This document shows positions 23,146-35,481 of a stretch of 64,000 bases of DNA, piece after piece. Position 1 is the first letter of the stretch. Each line of letters opens with the position of its first letter. A program made the translations under genes and the position numbers. The stretch is from Marsupella aquatica. Its lineage: Eukaryota > Plantae > Marchantiophyta. Location of the stretch: contig OZ316892.1 of assembly GCA_973895155.1 (NCBI GenBank), positions 18,900,357 through 18,964,356 of the forward strand. Direction: 5' to 3'. The notes beneath the pieces are model-generated. The model made no database searches. It worked only from the letters and a program-made list of their open reading frames with translations, and was not told the DNA's origin.

Positions 23146-26100
23146 CCTGATCTTCCTAGTAGACGTCGTAAACGTCCTCCTCAGGGTGTTGGTCCTTCAA
23201 GACCAAAGTACCCAAGTGATGACATGGAATATAGGAAGAGGACAAGACCAGTTGCCAAGCCACCAATCCGAGTCCCATTGGAGCGATGGGATGAGTGGGA
23301 GGGTCTTAGGGGTTTATTGGGGGATGGCCCAAATACAACACATGCTACAGTTGTTCACTGGTTGATTGACACTTGTAGAGTTCAAATTGATGAGTTGAGG
23401 ATGCAGGGAGCAAATGAGGCAGCAACAATCCAGCATGATGCATTGGCACCTGGGGCAGAGACACCAGAACCATCCGCTGCACCCGACACCATCATGTTTG
23501 ATCTCAATTCAGACCTGGTTGAGGAGGAGCCAAATGTAGGTTCTTCTGGGTTATTTGCCTTCCTGCCTCATTTTCATTGGAAAGATTTATCACAATTTCT
23601 GATGTTGTGTCCAATGAAAGTCACACAAGTCCCTATGTCTCAGGTTCAACTTTGTTTGTGTAAGACTATGTATTTCTCTTACATTGTACATTGTAAAAGC
23701 CTATATATCCAAAATGGAATTAACTACAACACTAGTCTAACAAATGGATTTTGGTCTGAAGTCATGGATTTCAATGGACAACTTTTCTCTGTTTTTTGTA
23801 TTGTATCAAATTGAAGTCACACACTTCCCTTCTGCTTAGTGAGCCTAACAATTGCGGTAAATTTTCAGGACTCTTTACATGAGCAGCAGCCCACACATTA
23901 TGAGGGAGGAACGGGGGGAGGACATGATGTTTTCAGGACTATTTATATGAAATTGTTAGATGTATCATGCTAATTATATGTACCCAAATTATATAATTAG
24001 CACTAGAAAAATATTTCTCAAGCACATTGTTATCTCAAACTCCAACAATTACTTGACATGTCATGCAGGATGACAACAACTCCATCCGGCCAGAGGACAT
24101 GGTAGAGTCCTTTGGAGTGGAAGAGGAGGACATCATACCTTTGGGTGGATCTGATGACCCAGATGTTTTAGTTGCTCTAGGGGTTGAGGTATGTCATGCC
24201 TAAAAGCTTTTGTTCAGTTTTTATTGCAAATGTCACATTTTTTACTTCTAACTGATCTGCTTGTTTTGTGGTTGCAGACCTTGAGCTCGGATCTTCATGT
24301 TGAAGATGATGCACCGTCCATTATTCATGACTCTCAACCTTTACCAACACAGGTCATAGATTCTCAAAGCGATGTAGTACTAGATTGTCAACCTCCAATT
24401 GTCCCTCCTTTTGCTGCAGATCCTATTAGAACTAGATTTGCAGCTCGTGTTCCAGCTAGAGTTGGTTTTCTAGAGTGTCATTTGATACATACTTTTGTAG
24501 ACCAACTACTTCCTACATGTCATACATCTGGATGTCCTCTCACTCCTCGAGTAGAGCATATTCATGAATTGCAGCAACTATGGTCCATTCGTATTAGTTG
24601 TGGTCAGGAAGGTCATGGGTGGACTTTCCTTACTGGTGAGATGGAGCCAGGGAGGGGCACACCTATGATTACACCTATGTTATATCACTCCACATTGTGC
24701 ATTGGCTTGACATATTTGGCATTGGCCTCAGTCACTTCACATTTAGGATTACATGTTCCTAGTCCACATCATTGGCATGATTTCCAGACTGGCCATGGAC
24801 GACCTAGAGGAGGATGGATTGCGGCAATGAAGGGCCAGTGGGAGGCAGAGAAAAGGGTGTTGTGGCAAGAGTTGAAGGATGGTCTATAGTATAGGCGTGA
24901 CCACAATCCCCATGAAGCAGGTTAGTGTCAAGTTTATAACATACTTGAGTGTTCATTACTCTCAACCTTTTTTTGGGACAATATAATGACTTAGTAAATT
25001 ATTTTGTGGGTTTTTACAGATCCTGGTCTAGTTGTGTATCTAGATTGCAGATGGGACTCATCCAGGAGTGGTTATCATGGGGCTGTTTCCATTATCAATG
25101 TAGAGGATAATAGGGTCATTGAAATGGTAACTACTACTAGAAAGGAGGAGGCCAATTCATGGTACCATGAGGAGAGGGGAACCAGAAAGGCATTGGAGAG
25201 ACTTCGAGATAACGGTATTGTCATAAAGGAGGCCATCCATGATGATAATAGGACGGTAGATACTGTTATTGATGACTTGGGGATCAACAATCAGAAAGAC
25301 ATGTGGCACAAGGCCAAACATTTGTGCAAAAAATTTGTGGAGAAGGTGGTCAAGGCCACCTTTCTTATCAATGTGGATATTGATCTTGCCACAACTAGGT
25401 CGGCCTTGACAGCTGCCACTTGCAAGAATTTGCAAGATTGGTTGAAAGCCCGCAACGAGTACAGGGGTTGCTCCAACCTGAGAAATACAGGGGTTGCTCC
25501 AACCTGAGAAAGGATGCGTTAGTCCATAAGGTGGCAGATATTAGAGGATTGCCAATGGAGACATTGGTCCCTGTAGTGACCCGTGGATTGAAACATCCAG
25601 AGCTTGTGCAACACCCAAGTTGAAGACTTGGTTTTATGTTTGTTGTTGTCGTTGCAAAAATACGTAAGTATAATTTTTCTTATTTGAATTTTTTCAGGAT
25701 TGTTATTTTATTTTTCACAAGGTTGCTATCTTGTATGTTTAGTGTAAGGCTGGAGAACTGGACAATATAATTATTTATAGATGCTCTTTTGTTGTGCAGA
25801 GGAGGGAATAGTGAGTCATTGGCCTATGAGCTAAGCAATTGTGCCTATCATTGGGCTGGTGTTCATACAAAATGCTTGACATTGCCTGATCGACCATGTC
25901 ATCACATTCACGAGGAGGGAGCTACACAGCTAGACTTATATTATGAGAGAGGTGTGCAACTAATTTATGTCCATATTTTATTTCATATGTTGTCAATAAC
26001 CTGACATTATTATTTGCCAACCAAAGACTGACTATTCATTTTCTGTTGTAATGCAGATTCGCCCACTCACCTGGCCATGAAGAGTTTCATGGCCAAGTAC

Positions 26101-26400
26101 ATAAAGCCAACGAAGATGTCATTTTACACTATGGCTAGGGAGAATTTCATGTCAGAAACTTTTCATTATGTGATGGGAAAGTATGCCACCAAACGGATTC
26201 ACTTTCCTGCATCTCATGAGGCACGACTATTTTGTGCTGGACTAGACTGGAATGAAAATATTCGGCGCCCTGTTTGGAAAGTGTATGACCGTGTACCTGT
26301 GAACACTGCCGTAAGAGATAGGCCTGCCCGCACTCGAGTCATGGTTGCAAGGAGCACAACTTGGAAGGATCAAATAGGCACACATATCTATGGAGTTTGA
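23137..26400 (+). pseudogene. Kolobok-type DDE transposase, multi-exon, inactivated
   Basis: YLDCRWDSSRSGYHG (D.R.DS), SWYHEERG..KAL..L...GI.I....HD, KDMWHKAK, HWAGVH..C, SETFH.V..KYATKR..F...HEARL..A.LDWNEN parallel the Kolobok transposase motifs. A 26-bp duplication causes a frameshift at ~25460-25510; stop at 24887. Confidence 0.75.
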
Positions 26401-26827
26401 TATTAGGTATGAGGTACTTCAAGTTTATTTGTGCTTCAAGTTTATTTGTGTTCAAGTTTATTCTGTTGAAGTGCTTTACTAGAACAAGCTCTCATGTATT
26501 TTTGTTATGATGCAGATTACCAAGTCATGGGTAACCAGTTATAGGTGGACTTCATCTCATCTTTGCCTTATATGTGGCTCCAATAAACAATTGTGTTCCT
26601 TCTTGTTGGAGTTTGCTAATAAAGGCTTGTTACATGAAGCTGGTGGCTAAGGTTCCATGGTCATGATGTGTCTAAACTTATACATTATTATTTCTTTCCC
26701 TGTTTTTATTCTTGTTGTTTCTGGTCATGATTGGCAATGCCCTTGTGGAACAAGATTAATCCATGTATGACCTGTGCCTGGACTTGGAGCCTTTTAGTTG
26801 GCAACTAAGAAGAGGTTTTTCAAAATG

Positions 26828-26831
<4 letters not shown>

Positions 26832-26862
<31 letters not shown>
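26832..26862. repeat. (TA)n microsatellite
   Basis: TA run between the convergent transposase and KolX-like genes. Confidence 0.95.
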
Positions 26863-26867
<5 letters not shown>

Positions 26868-27019
26868 ATTGTATACAAAATCTGGGCATAAGCGTGCCTC
26901 AACATACATTCAAGTTTGACCATTTTGCCTTGTACACATAGGCTGGTCATGCTACTTATTCCTCCGATATAAAATGGCTCCATCCCACTAGGCATGCATG
27001 TGTGGATGACTATAAAATT

Positions 27020-27412
27020 TTAGTTCTCATGGAACCCTACAAACACTTCCTCCTTGTCATGCCAAGCCTCCTTGATGGCTTCCTCCACAGGTGGAGGTAG
27101 TCGGGTTCTCTCAACAAACCCACAAACCCAAGCCAAGTGGGTGTAAACCTGAAATCGTTTTTTCTTGTTGACGGTTTCAGTGAAGCTATAAGCAATACAC
27201 ATCTGAAGATCCTCAAGTGGCACTGCTGGATTCAACTGCTCGTGACAATCTGCAATTGCCTTGAATAGCAAAGGCTCATCAAACTCAACCTCTAGCAAGC
27301 TCGTTATCTCAGACAATTGAGTAGAACCATATGTCCAGGTCAACCAATATGTGCCAAGATCATGATCAGTCACCGTCAAGGTGGCGGTGCTCCTCGGCTG
27401 ATTATTGGCCAT
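27020..27412 (-). CDS. KolX-like small protein, copy 3 (intact)
   Basis: C-terminus KKRFQVYTHLAWVCGFVERTRLPPPVEEAIKEAW...FVGF resembles the KolX/P2X7 C-terminal R..(I/L)P.CV...IR..(F/Y)P...Y.GF motif. Confidence 0.6.
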   Translation of the reverse strand: MANNQPRSTATLTVTDHDLGTYWLTWTYGSTQLSEITSLLEVEFDEPLLFKAIADCHEQLNPAVPLEDLQMCIAYSFTETVNKKKRFQVYTHLAWVCGFVERTRLPPPVEEAIKEAWHDKEEVFVGFHEN

Positions 27413-27528
27413 TCTACAAAGCAAAAGACATAGAAGTGAGTACACAAAAATAGTATACTACATATTATTTTCCATTGAGTTGCACACTAAGGTAAGGATT
27501 ATTATTTGTGCAATACATAGAATTTACC

Positions 27529-27927
27529 TATAAATATCTAGGAGTGAAACCCCAAAAAGCTTCTTCCGCTGATTGCCAAGTATTCCATATAGCCTCTTCT
27601 AACATATCAGGGAGCCTTCCTCTTGCACCCAAGTCACAAGCCCGAGCCACATAGCTATGAACTAATGTCTGATCTTTTTTGGTGCGGTTATTTTACACAC
27701 CAACTATAAGCAGCCATGCATAAATATTCCTTGATAGATACTATGGGGTTGAGGAGGTAATGGCATTCCCGCATAGCATTGCAAAATACAGGAAAATCAG
27801 ACTCAATGTCAGCCATGGCAAAAACACGTTGTCCATGGGTGTTTGTTGGGTGTTCGAGCCAAGATATAGTGTGTGTGCCATTGTCAAGCATGTGTAGGGT
27901 GATGACTTGCCTACTTCTACCTTCCAT
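27529..27927 (-). pseudogene. KolX-like small protein, copy 2 (frameshift near 27690)
   Basis: MEGRSRQ..ISW..IESDFP.FCNAMRECH.LLNP..C.AAYSWC, then in another frame VARACDLGARGRLPDMLEEAIWNTW..EEAFWGF. Confidence 0.6.
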
Positions 27928-28207
27928 ATCTGCAAACAAAACTAAGGTGAGAATTGTCAACCAATATGCAACACCATTTGCATGTATTTCTGGTGTAAGC
28001 ATTTGAAAGAACCAAAACCATGGAGACTACAAAGATGTTAGCATTACTATTCAAAAATGGTTCACATCATATGAGCCTGAATGTCCCTCATGCCTTGTTT
28101 TACGATTCTTCATCCTTCCCAAGTGTTTAGTATGATATAGTTGCTATTTTCTAGTAAAATATAATGTTACTACAAATAACAAGAAAATATCATAGGCCTA
28201 GTTTCTA

Positions 28208-28585
28208 TTATTTCTCTCCCTCATCAGCCCAAGTGGCAAGTATGACATCTTTCACTGGACGGGGTAGGGTTTGTCTACTTGTTGATCCACACACACAGGC
28301 CAAGTGTACACCTACTTGGAATCTTTTCCACCGCATCAACCTCTCACAATAACTATATGCAGCACATATCAAAAGCTCATCCAAGGGAGCAATATGATTA
28401 AAGGCAATATGGTAAAATTGGATAACATTGCACCACTCAGGGAAGTCTAATTGAATTTCTGCTAAGGTGGTTGTACGTTGGATGAGAGGGGCATCAGAGG
28501 GAGCGTTCAGCTCCCGCCAACTCAAATGGTAAGCCCCATGATTGAGGTTAGTCACAGTCACACGGACACCTCGCTTGGGATTCAT
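28208..28585 (-). CDS. KolX-like small protein, copy 1
   Basis: G.Y.LSW..EIQLDFP..CAAYSYCE...KRFQV..HLACVCG...R..LP.PV...I...W, alignable by eye to copies 2 and 3. Confidence 0.6.
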   Translation of the reverse strand: MNPKRGVRVTVTNLNHGAYHLSWRELNAPSDAPLIQRTTTLAEIQLDFPEWCNVIQFYHIAFNHIAPLDELLICAAYSYCERLMRWKRFQVGVHLACVCGSTSRQTLPRPVKDVILATWADEGEK

Positions 28586-29519
28586 GTTGCTGCATCCAGA
28601 ACAATGAGTCAAATATGTGTGTCAATATGTTAGACATAGAGAAAAACAAGTAGAAGGGGCAGATTACTTTGAGCTGAATTCTCCCAAGAAGGGTCTTGGA
28701 AGACCAGCATATACTTGGCTTTTGAAGATGAGGGTATACCGAGAGGTCTATTGGCATTCAAGGTAGACCTGGCGTCAGAAAGACAAAAATACACTTGGTT
28801 CTTGAATATGGAAGTATATCGAGAGGTATACTTGCGTTCAGGCCAGACAAAACTTTCTGCCACTTCCTTAGTAAATTGTGGACAATTTGCATAGATTGCA
28901 GGAAGACTACGATGTTGAGACGGGAGCGCGGAATTGCGAAATCAGGGGGGACTGTCAATTGATAGCGGTGTCAATGGAGAGGACTGCCCATCGAGAGGGC
29001 AATCGACACTGCACCTTGATGTAAGTGTAAGCAGAGCAATAGGGTCAGCATCCCTTCAATCCATTGGACTACGTTGTGTGGACGTTCGTGGATCCTTTGG
29101 GCAGAAGCAATGCAAATCAAGACACAGCCTGACCAAGAAGGATTGATAACTACAATCCACAACGCACAATGACTAGTAAGCATCGTCGGGGATGAAATGC
29201 TCAGCTCATGTAGAGCTTTGGATTATTTCAAGCAGTCGGCCTTCCAATGGCGAGACAGATGTCAACCAGCAAACAGATGCTTAGTTCTCAAGTTCTCACT
29301 AACTCACAAATACACCCGCACACAACCTGCATCCCAAGAATGAGCCTGAGAAAGCTGGTGGCTTCAAGACCAGCATACCAAGAAAATACCCTGCGCTCAT
29401 GTAGAGCTCCGACTAGGTGCTCTGAAAAATTCCAGAGCTAATAAACGTACACAAACCGGGGGATGACAGAAGCATTGTTGGTTGAGTTATCCTCACAGCG
29501 ACCAACATCAATTTGGAAC

Positions 29520-31215
29520 TCCATTGGAAAAGTCAAATGATAAGCCACAATAACATATATTGTGGTTGTTGTGTCCATAGAGAATAAGACAGGTGCTGCA
29601 AAGAAGAAGTATGAGAACCTGGCAAAGACTCGCTGTAATTTAGAGGCAACAAAGTTGCAGTCTGTACATGCAACTTGTTTGACAGAGGGCAGTCAACCAT
29701 GTTTGGATGAGGATGACATTGGCAAGAGAGTGGATGATATCAATGTTGGGGCAAATGAGGATGTCAGCAACCATGACAATGATACCATTGAGCCAGATTC
29801 ATGCTATGTAGATCTTGACTCCATTGCAGAGATAAATGATTTGCAAAATGTATCATTCTCAATGACAGGTGTGCCTCTTGTTGAGATAAATCCAACCAAA
29901 GAGTTAGTTGGTATGACACTCCCAGGTAAGGAACCTGCTACTGTGACAGTCCTAACAGAGGAACCTACTAAGCCTAGCTTCACTACTGTGAAGAGAGGAA
30001 GCATGCGCACACGAAGCAAGTCTGCTGGTGGGACCAGAGCCACGTCAAAGGTTTCATACAAACCTCCAAGAATGGTGCTGGCAGAAAGATCTAAGGTGGA
30101 AGTGGGGAAAGCACCTAATGCTGAGGGACAAAGTGGCTTGTTAGCTGTTGATGAGAGTGAAACACGAGTAGGATTTGGCAGAGTCCAGGTTGGTTCTACA
30201 ACGTTCCATGGCAAGAGGATTCCCCCAGGTTATTCAGTAGTGTTAGTCACATTACTAGTGAAACCTAAAGCTGAAGCTGTCCTTCCCATTCCAAACACAA
30301 ATGATGATCCTCCTCAGAAGACACTTGGAGATGCTGCAGGTTCTTTGGTATTATGGCCAAGCAAGTTCATAGAGGATCCATAACAATGTCATGCCATTAT
30401 TTGTTTGTAGTGTGAGTCATGTTATGTACATTTTAGATCTCAAGAAGCAGTACAAGAATCATGTCCTCTTGGAGATTCATAGTATCATGCATGTGCTTTC
30501 AATTATCTCATCCTGTAGTCATCAGATATGAGTTCCTATTTTGTCTGAATTACATTGATCACATTGTAAACTATTCCATTGGAATTCAAATGATCTTCAT
30601 TTTTTAGCAAGATTATGATTCTGTTTAATTCTTATGAATGTTTTATGTAGGATCTGCTTATATGATGCTTTGTTTCATGTGGATGTCATTCATGCTATAT
30701 TCATTTCTTGTATTCAATGTGTTATATTTCTAAAGTTAGAACATAGAGTGCTCTCTCTCCTTATGAACTGTCCCTTTGTGTTCATTAGTCATGGTTACAA
30801 CTTGCATGTGAACCTTATTAGTTATAAACATGAGTATATAGAGTCCCAAATGGTTCTGTTGTGTGACACGGGCCAGGGTCCCCATTGGTCTATCTTGTGA
30901 CACTAAATGGTCACAAGCTAGTCGTTGTTGAATGCGGGTAAGTCATGTATGTGACTTACCATGTGACTCGTTAAAGTCATATTGCAGTCACGTAGAAACA
31001 AGGCTGGACTTCACAATAAAGTCATAGATCAGTCACAAATGGGTATCAAGCAAGTTGCAAAGCCCAGTATCAATAGTGACTTCCATTTTTTGGTCTCAAC
31101 TTTTGCAACTCCAAGGGTCACAGCGTGGGTGACGTCACGTTGAGTCACAATGAAGTCACATGAGCCAAAATGAGTCACATATTGCGGTCTCAGTTCACCT
31201 CGGATTCTTCTAGTG
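29520..31215 (+). mobile_element. Second CACTA element, right-end fragment (last TnpA exon 29562-30383, subterminal repeats, TIR)
   Basis: FHGKRIP..YSVVLV..LPIPN..DDPPQ..GDAAGSLVLWPS is paralogous to 11517-12110; dense GTCACA/TGTGAC repeats at 30860-31190; terminus CGGATTCTTCTAGTG at 31215 joined to Copia RNase H. Confidence 0.85.
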
Positions 31216-34200
31216 ATCTCAATCACCTCACGGATGAAGTGATAATGAATATCAATGTGCTTTGTCCTGGCATGGAACACAGGGTTCTTAGCCAGATGCA
31301 AAGCACTTTGACTGTCACACAGCAACACCGGTCTTTCAGGTGAAAGACCCAGATCACTCACCAATCTCCATAGGCAGATCTACTCCTTGGTTGCCTCATA
31401 GACAGCCATGTACTCAGCCTCAGTAGTAGACAACGCAACACAAGATTGAGTTGCCGACTTCCAGCTGATACAACCTCCACCCAGCATAAACACATAGCCT
31501 ATAGTAGACTTCCTGTTATCCAAGTTACCAGCATAATCTGAATCTACAAAACCTTCCAACTCTAATGTAGAGTCTGCTTTACCGTCAAATAAGATCCCAC
31601 AATCTAAGGTACCTTTCAGATACCGCAAAACCCACTTCACTGCTTCCCAGTGAAGCTTACTAGGATTTGCCATAAATCTGTTCAAAATGCTAATAGCATG
31701 GGCAATGTCAGGTCTAGTGCATGTCATCGTATACATCAAACTACCCACAACACTATCATAGGGAACATGTTTCATCGTCAATCTATCACTCTCACTAGAA
31801 GGGCAATCATTCTTTGAGAGTTTAAAGTGGGAAGCCAATGGAGTACCAACTGGTTTTGCATTCTCCATTCCATACTTGGCAAGTACCTTCTCCAAATACT
31901 GCCTCTGAGACAACCATAATTGCCTTTGCTCCCTGTCACGATGAATCTCCATCCCTAGTATCTTCTTGGCCTGACCCAAGTCCTTCATTGAAAACTCCTT
32001 ACTCAGCATTGCTTTCAGATGGGCAACATCAGACTTATTCTCAGCTAGGATCAGCATGTCATCCACGTACAGTGCCAGCACAATGTAACCAAAGCGTGAG
32101 TAATTCTCCACCTCCTTCATGTAGATACAACAATCATGCTCACTCCGTGTGAACCCCTGAGATAACATGAAGGAATCAAAACGCTTATTCCATTGTCTGG
32201 GACTCTGCTTCAATCCGTATAATGAGCGCAAGAGCTTACACACCAAGTGTCTGGTCTTCTCGTCAATAAAACCTGGAGGCTGAGTCATATAAATCTCCAC
32301 ATCAAGCAATCCATGCAGGAAAGCAGTAATTACATCCATCTGATCTAACTCAAGATCATAGAATGCCACAATTGCAAGTAAAACACGGATAGTAGTGAGT
32401 TTGACAACTGGTGAGAATATCTCCGTGTAGTCCAAGCCCTCCTTCTAGGTGTACCCTTTGGCCACAAGGCGTGCCTTGTAAGTGCCATCCTGCTTCTTCT
32501 TGTACAACCATCTACATGGAACCAGTGTCTTTCCGCGAGGCATGTCAGTCAAGCGCCAAGTTGAATTCTTCTTCAAAGAATTCATCTCCTTCAACATCGC
32601 CTCCATCCACTTATCCTTCTCTGGAGAGGCCATAGCTTCTTCATAGCTAGAGGGATCTCCATCTTCAGTGAGCAAAACAACACCGGGATCATCGTCATGC
32701 TCAACAACGTGAACACGAGGATCTGCAAAACCAAATCTATCAGGGGGTTGGCCAAAATTGGCCCTGCTGGAGTGCCTTGGTTGAGGAACTACACCTCTAC
32801 CAGAGGGACCAGCAGCTTCCTCATCACCACCAAGCTCCACCGTAGTGGGTTCCTCCACCTGTTCCTCCTAAATATCCCGGGGTCTTGACAACCATTCTTC
32901 GTCAAAAACAACATTTCTGCTCACAACTGCCTTGCAATCGACAGGATCCCACAATTTATAGCCCTTCTGCCCAGGACTAAAGCCTAGAAAAATACATTTC
33001 TTAGACTTGGGATCCAACTTAGACCTGTGTGTCTACTCAATGTGAACATAGGCAGCACAACCAAAAACTCAAAGTCTAGAGTAATCAGCAGGTCTCTTAT
33101 ACCACAACTCAAATGGAGTTTGCATCAACTTACTACTGTGGGGTATCGCATGCATGATAGTAAACAGGAAATAGGTTTACTGGTACCAGCAAAAATTTTC
33201 CTGTTACCAGTAAAAAGTTACTGTTACCAGGAAAAATAACCATGTCAAATTTTTTTCTAAAAAGTCAAATTTTCCAAAAAAAATTAAATTACAATATTTT
33301 TTGGCTAGCTTTGGGCGCTAGCATTACCAGCGCCGGGCGCTAGCACAAAAAATAAAAAATTTGAAAAAAAAAACTTTTTTTTTCAAAAAAAATTTTCAAA
33401 AAAAATTTTCAAACAAAATTTCAAAAAAATTTCAAAAAAAATTACCACTCATTTTCCTGTTACCAGTTTCTGTTTCCTGTTACTATTTGCTGTTTCCTGT
33501 CATTTGTAAATACCCCCTACTGTGCGGTGATAGATTGTAGACATATGCAGCTTGGTTGACAGCTTCAGCCCAAAAGTTGTTGGGCAACTTAGACTTACAA
33601 AGCATGTTGCATGCTTTCTCCAGTAATGTCCGATTCAACCGTTCTACAACTCCATTCTGCTGCGGGGTCTTTGGTACAGTGTAATGACGCTTGAGGCCAA
33701 AGTCCCGACCAAATTGATCAAACTCATTGGACTTATACTCGCCACCGTTATCGGACCGAACACACTTCAACTCCTTCCCAGTTTGTAGCTCCACCATGGC
33801 TTTCCACTCCTTGAAGATCTCAAAGACTTGAGACTTCTCCTTCATGTAGTACAGCCAACACATTCGAGAGTAATCATCTACAAACGTCACAAAATATCTG
33901 GCTCCACCCAACGACGGCTCCGGCGCTGGACCCCAAACATCCAAATGTACATACTCAAGAATCTCATGAGAATGGTATGAACTAGAACTGAAACTCACTC
34001 TCCTCTGCTTGCCGAAGATGCAATCTTCACAGAAAGAGAGTTTACCAGATTGAGCACCTTGCAACAAATCTCTGTTTGCCAAGGCTGCCAATCCTTTACC
34101 ACTCAAGTGCCCCAACCATGCATGCCACAAATCTATGGCTTGTGTGCGACCAGATGTTGAGGGTGCTTCAATTGAAGCAGCCGAAGATGATTCTGCGGCA

Positions 34201-35481
34201 GATGTTGTTGCATCCAAACATTCCACCACAGAATCCACATGCTCCACTCTAGGAGCAATGACATCTCCTTCCAAGATGTACAAATTATTCTGCCGTAGTG
34301 CCTTAATCAAAGATATATCATCTTTGACGACAAACAGCGCACCATCACGTGCAATGAATTGAGATCCACCAGCTTCCAAAGCACCAAGAGAAATCAAGTT
34401 CTTAGAGATGTCTGGTATGTGCCTGCTGACTCTCGTCAATGCTCGCACAACACCGTCAAACATCCCAAATTTGATAGTCCCCATGCCAACAATCGCACAT
34501 CGGACACCATTTCCAATTTCCACAGTACCGGTACAAGGTTGGTAAGTGGAGAAATACGATTGCGTTGGACACACGTGATAAGAGGAACCCGAATCCAACA
34601 TCCATTTATTGTCATACACAGAATTCATAGCACCAATACATAGCACTTCAGCAGCATCCTCATTATCAGCAATCACAATATCAGCTGACGATGAGGACGC
34701 ACCATTGGAAGCAGGACGCTTCTGCTTCGATAGAGAAGGACAATTCCACTTGGTGTGACCCTTCTCATGGCAATGCCAACACTGAACTTTCTTACTACGG
34801 GACTTAGATTTAGATCTACTATGTGATTTAGATCTAGACTGATCCGTAGTACGCTTTGTCGATCTGCCTCTAACCACTAAGGCAGCAGACTCATTGTCAC
34901 GGCCAGAAAGTTGTCGCTTGCGCCATTCTGCAAGAATGGTAGCCTTTACCTCATCCAGCTTCAACGTAGACTTGTCATGTGTGATAACCGTCACCAACGT
35001 CGAATAGCTCTGAGGAAGCGACATCAACAAATGCATCGCAAGATACTCATCGGTCAACTTGTCTCCCGTCGTGGCCACCTCGTGCACAATCTCATCAAAG
35101 AGACTAAGGTGATCACGCATGTTGCCACCCCTTCAACTTCAACCTGAACAGCCGCTCCAAGTGATAAATGCGAGTAGTCAACGAAGTACTCTGGTATAGC
35201 TCAGTAAGCATATCCCAAATTTTCTTGGCGTTACGATCCATCCCCAACACGTTCTTGAGAATATTGTTTGCCAAGAACAACTCAATTGTGCTACACGCTT
35301 GCACCGACATGTCCTCCCACTCCTCATCTGTTAGATTCGAGGGTTTCACTCCAGTGAGGGTCTTCTCAAGACCCTGTTGGATCAACACATTGGTCACCTT
35401 CCAAGTCCACAGGCTGAAGCTGACCTTCCCGTCAAACTTCTCCACCTCAAACTTTGGCGCCGCAAGCTTTCTTGAAGTCAT
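31216..35481 (-). pseudogene. Copia gag-pol polyprotein
   Basis: EKFDG, CWHCHEKGHTKWNC, LDSGSSYH, VRSDNGGEY, TPQQNGVVER, YKARLVAKG, LYVDDM, DSDYAG, HARTKHIDI; frameshift ~35130, stops at ~32445 and ~31380, MITE insertion. Confidence 0.95.
33140..33516. mobile_element. 377-bp MITE inserted in the Copia integrase region
   Basis: Imperfect TIRs GGGGTAT.../...ATACCCC with direct repeat CTACTGT on both sides. Removing the insert and one repeat restores NLSPHSSKLMQTPFELW in frame. Confidence 0.9.

Larger units (their letters stand above)
21737..29500 (+). mobile_element. Kolobok-like DNA transposon (left TIR, transposase, convergent KolX-like genes); right part lost or displaced
   Basis: ~130-bp terminal sequence GGGGTCACTATATGGAGGGCCATACA...TTAGGGTTTGACCCCCCTAACTTA, found inverted at ~40675-40803, plus gene content. 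The right boundary is approximate. Confidence 0.65.
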
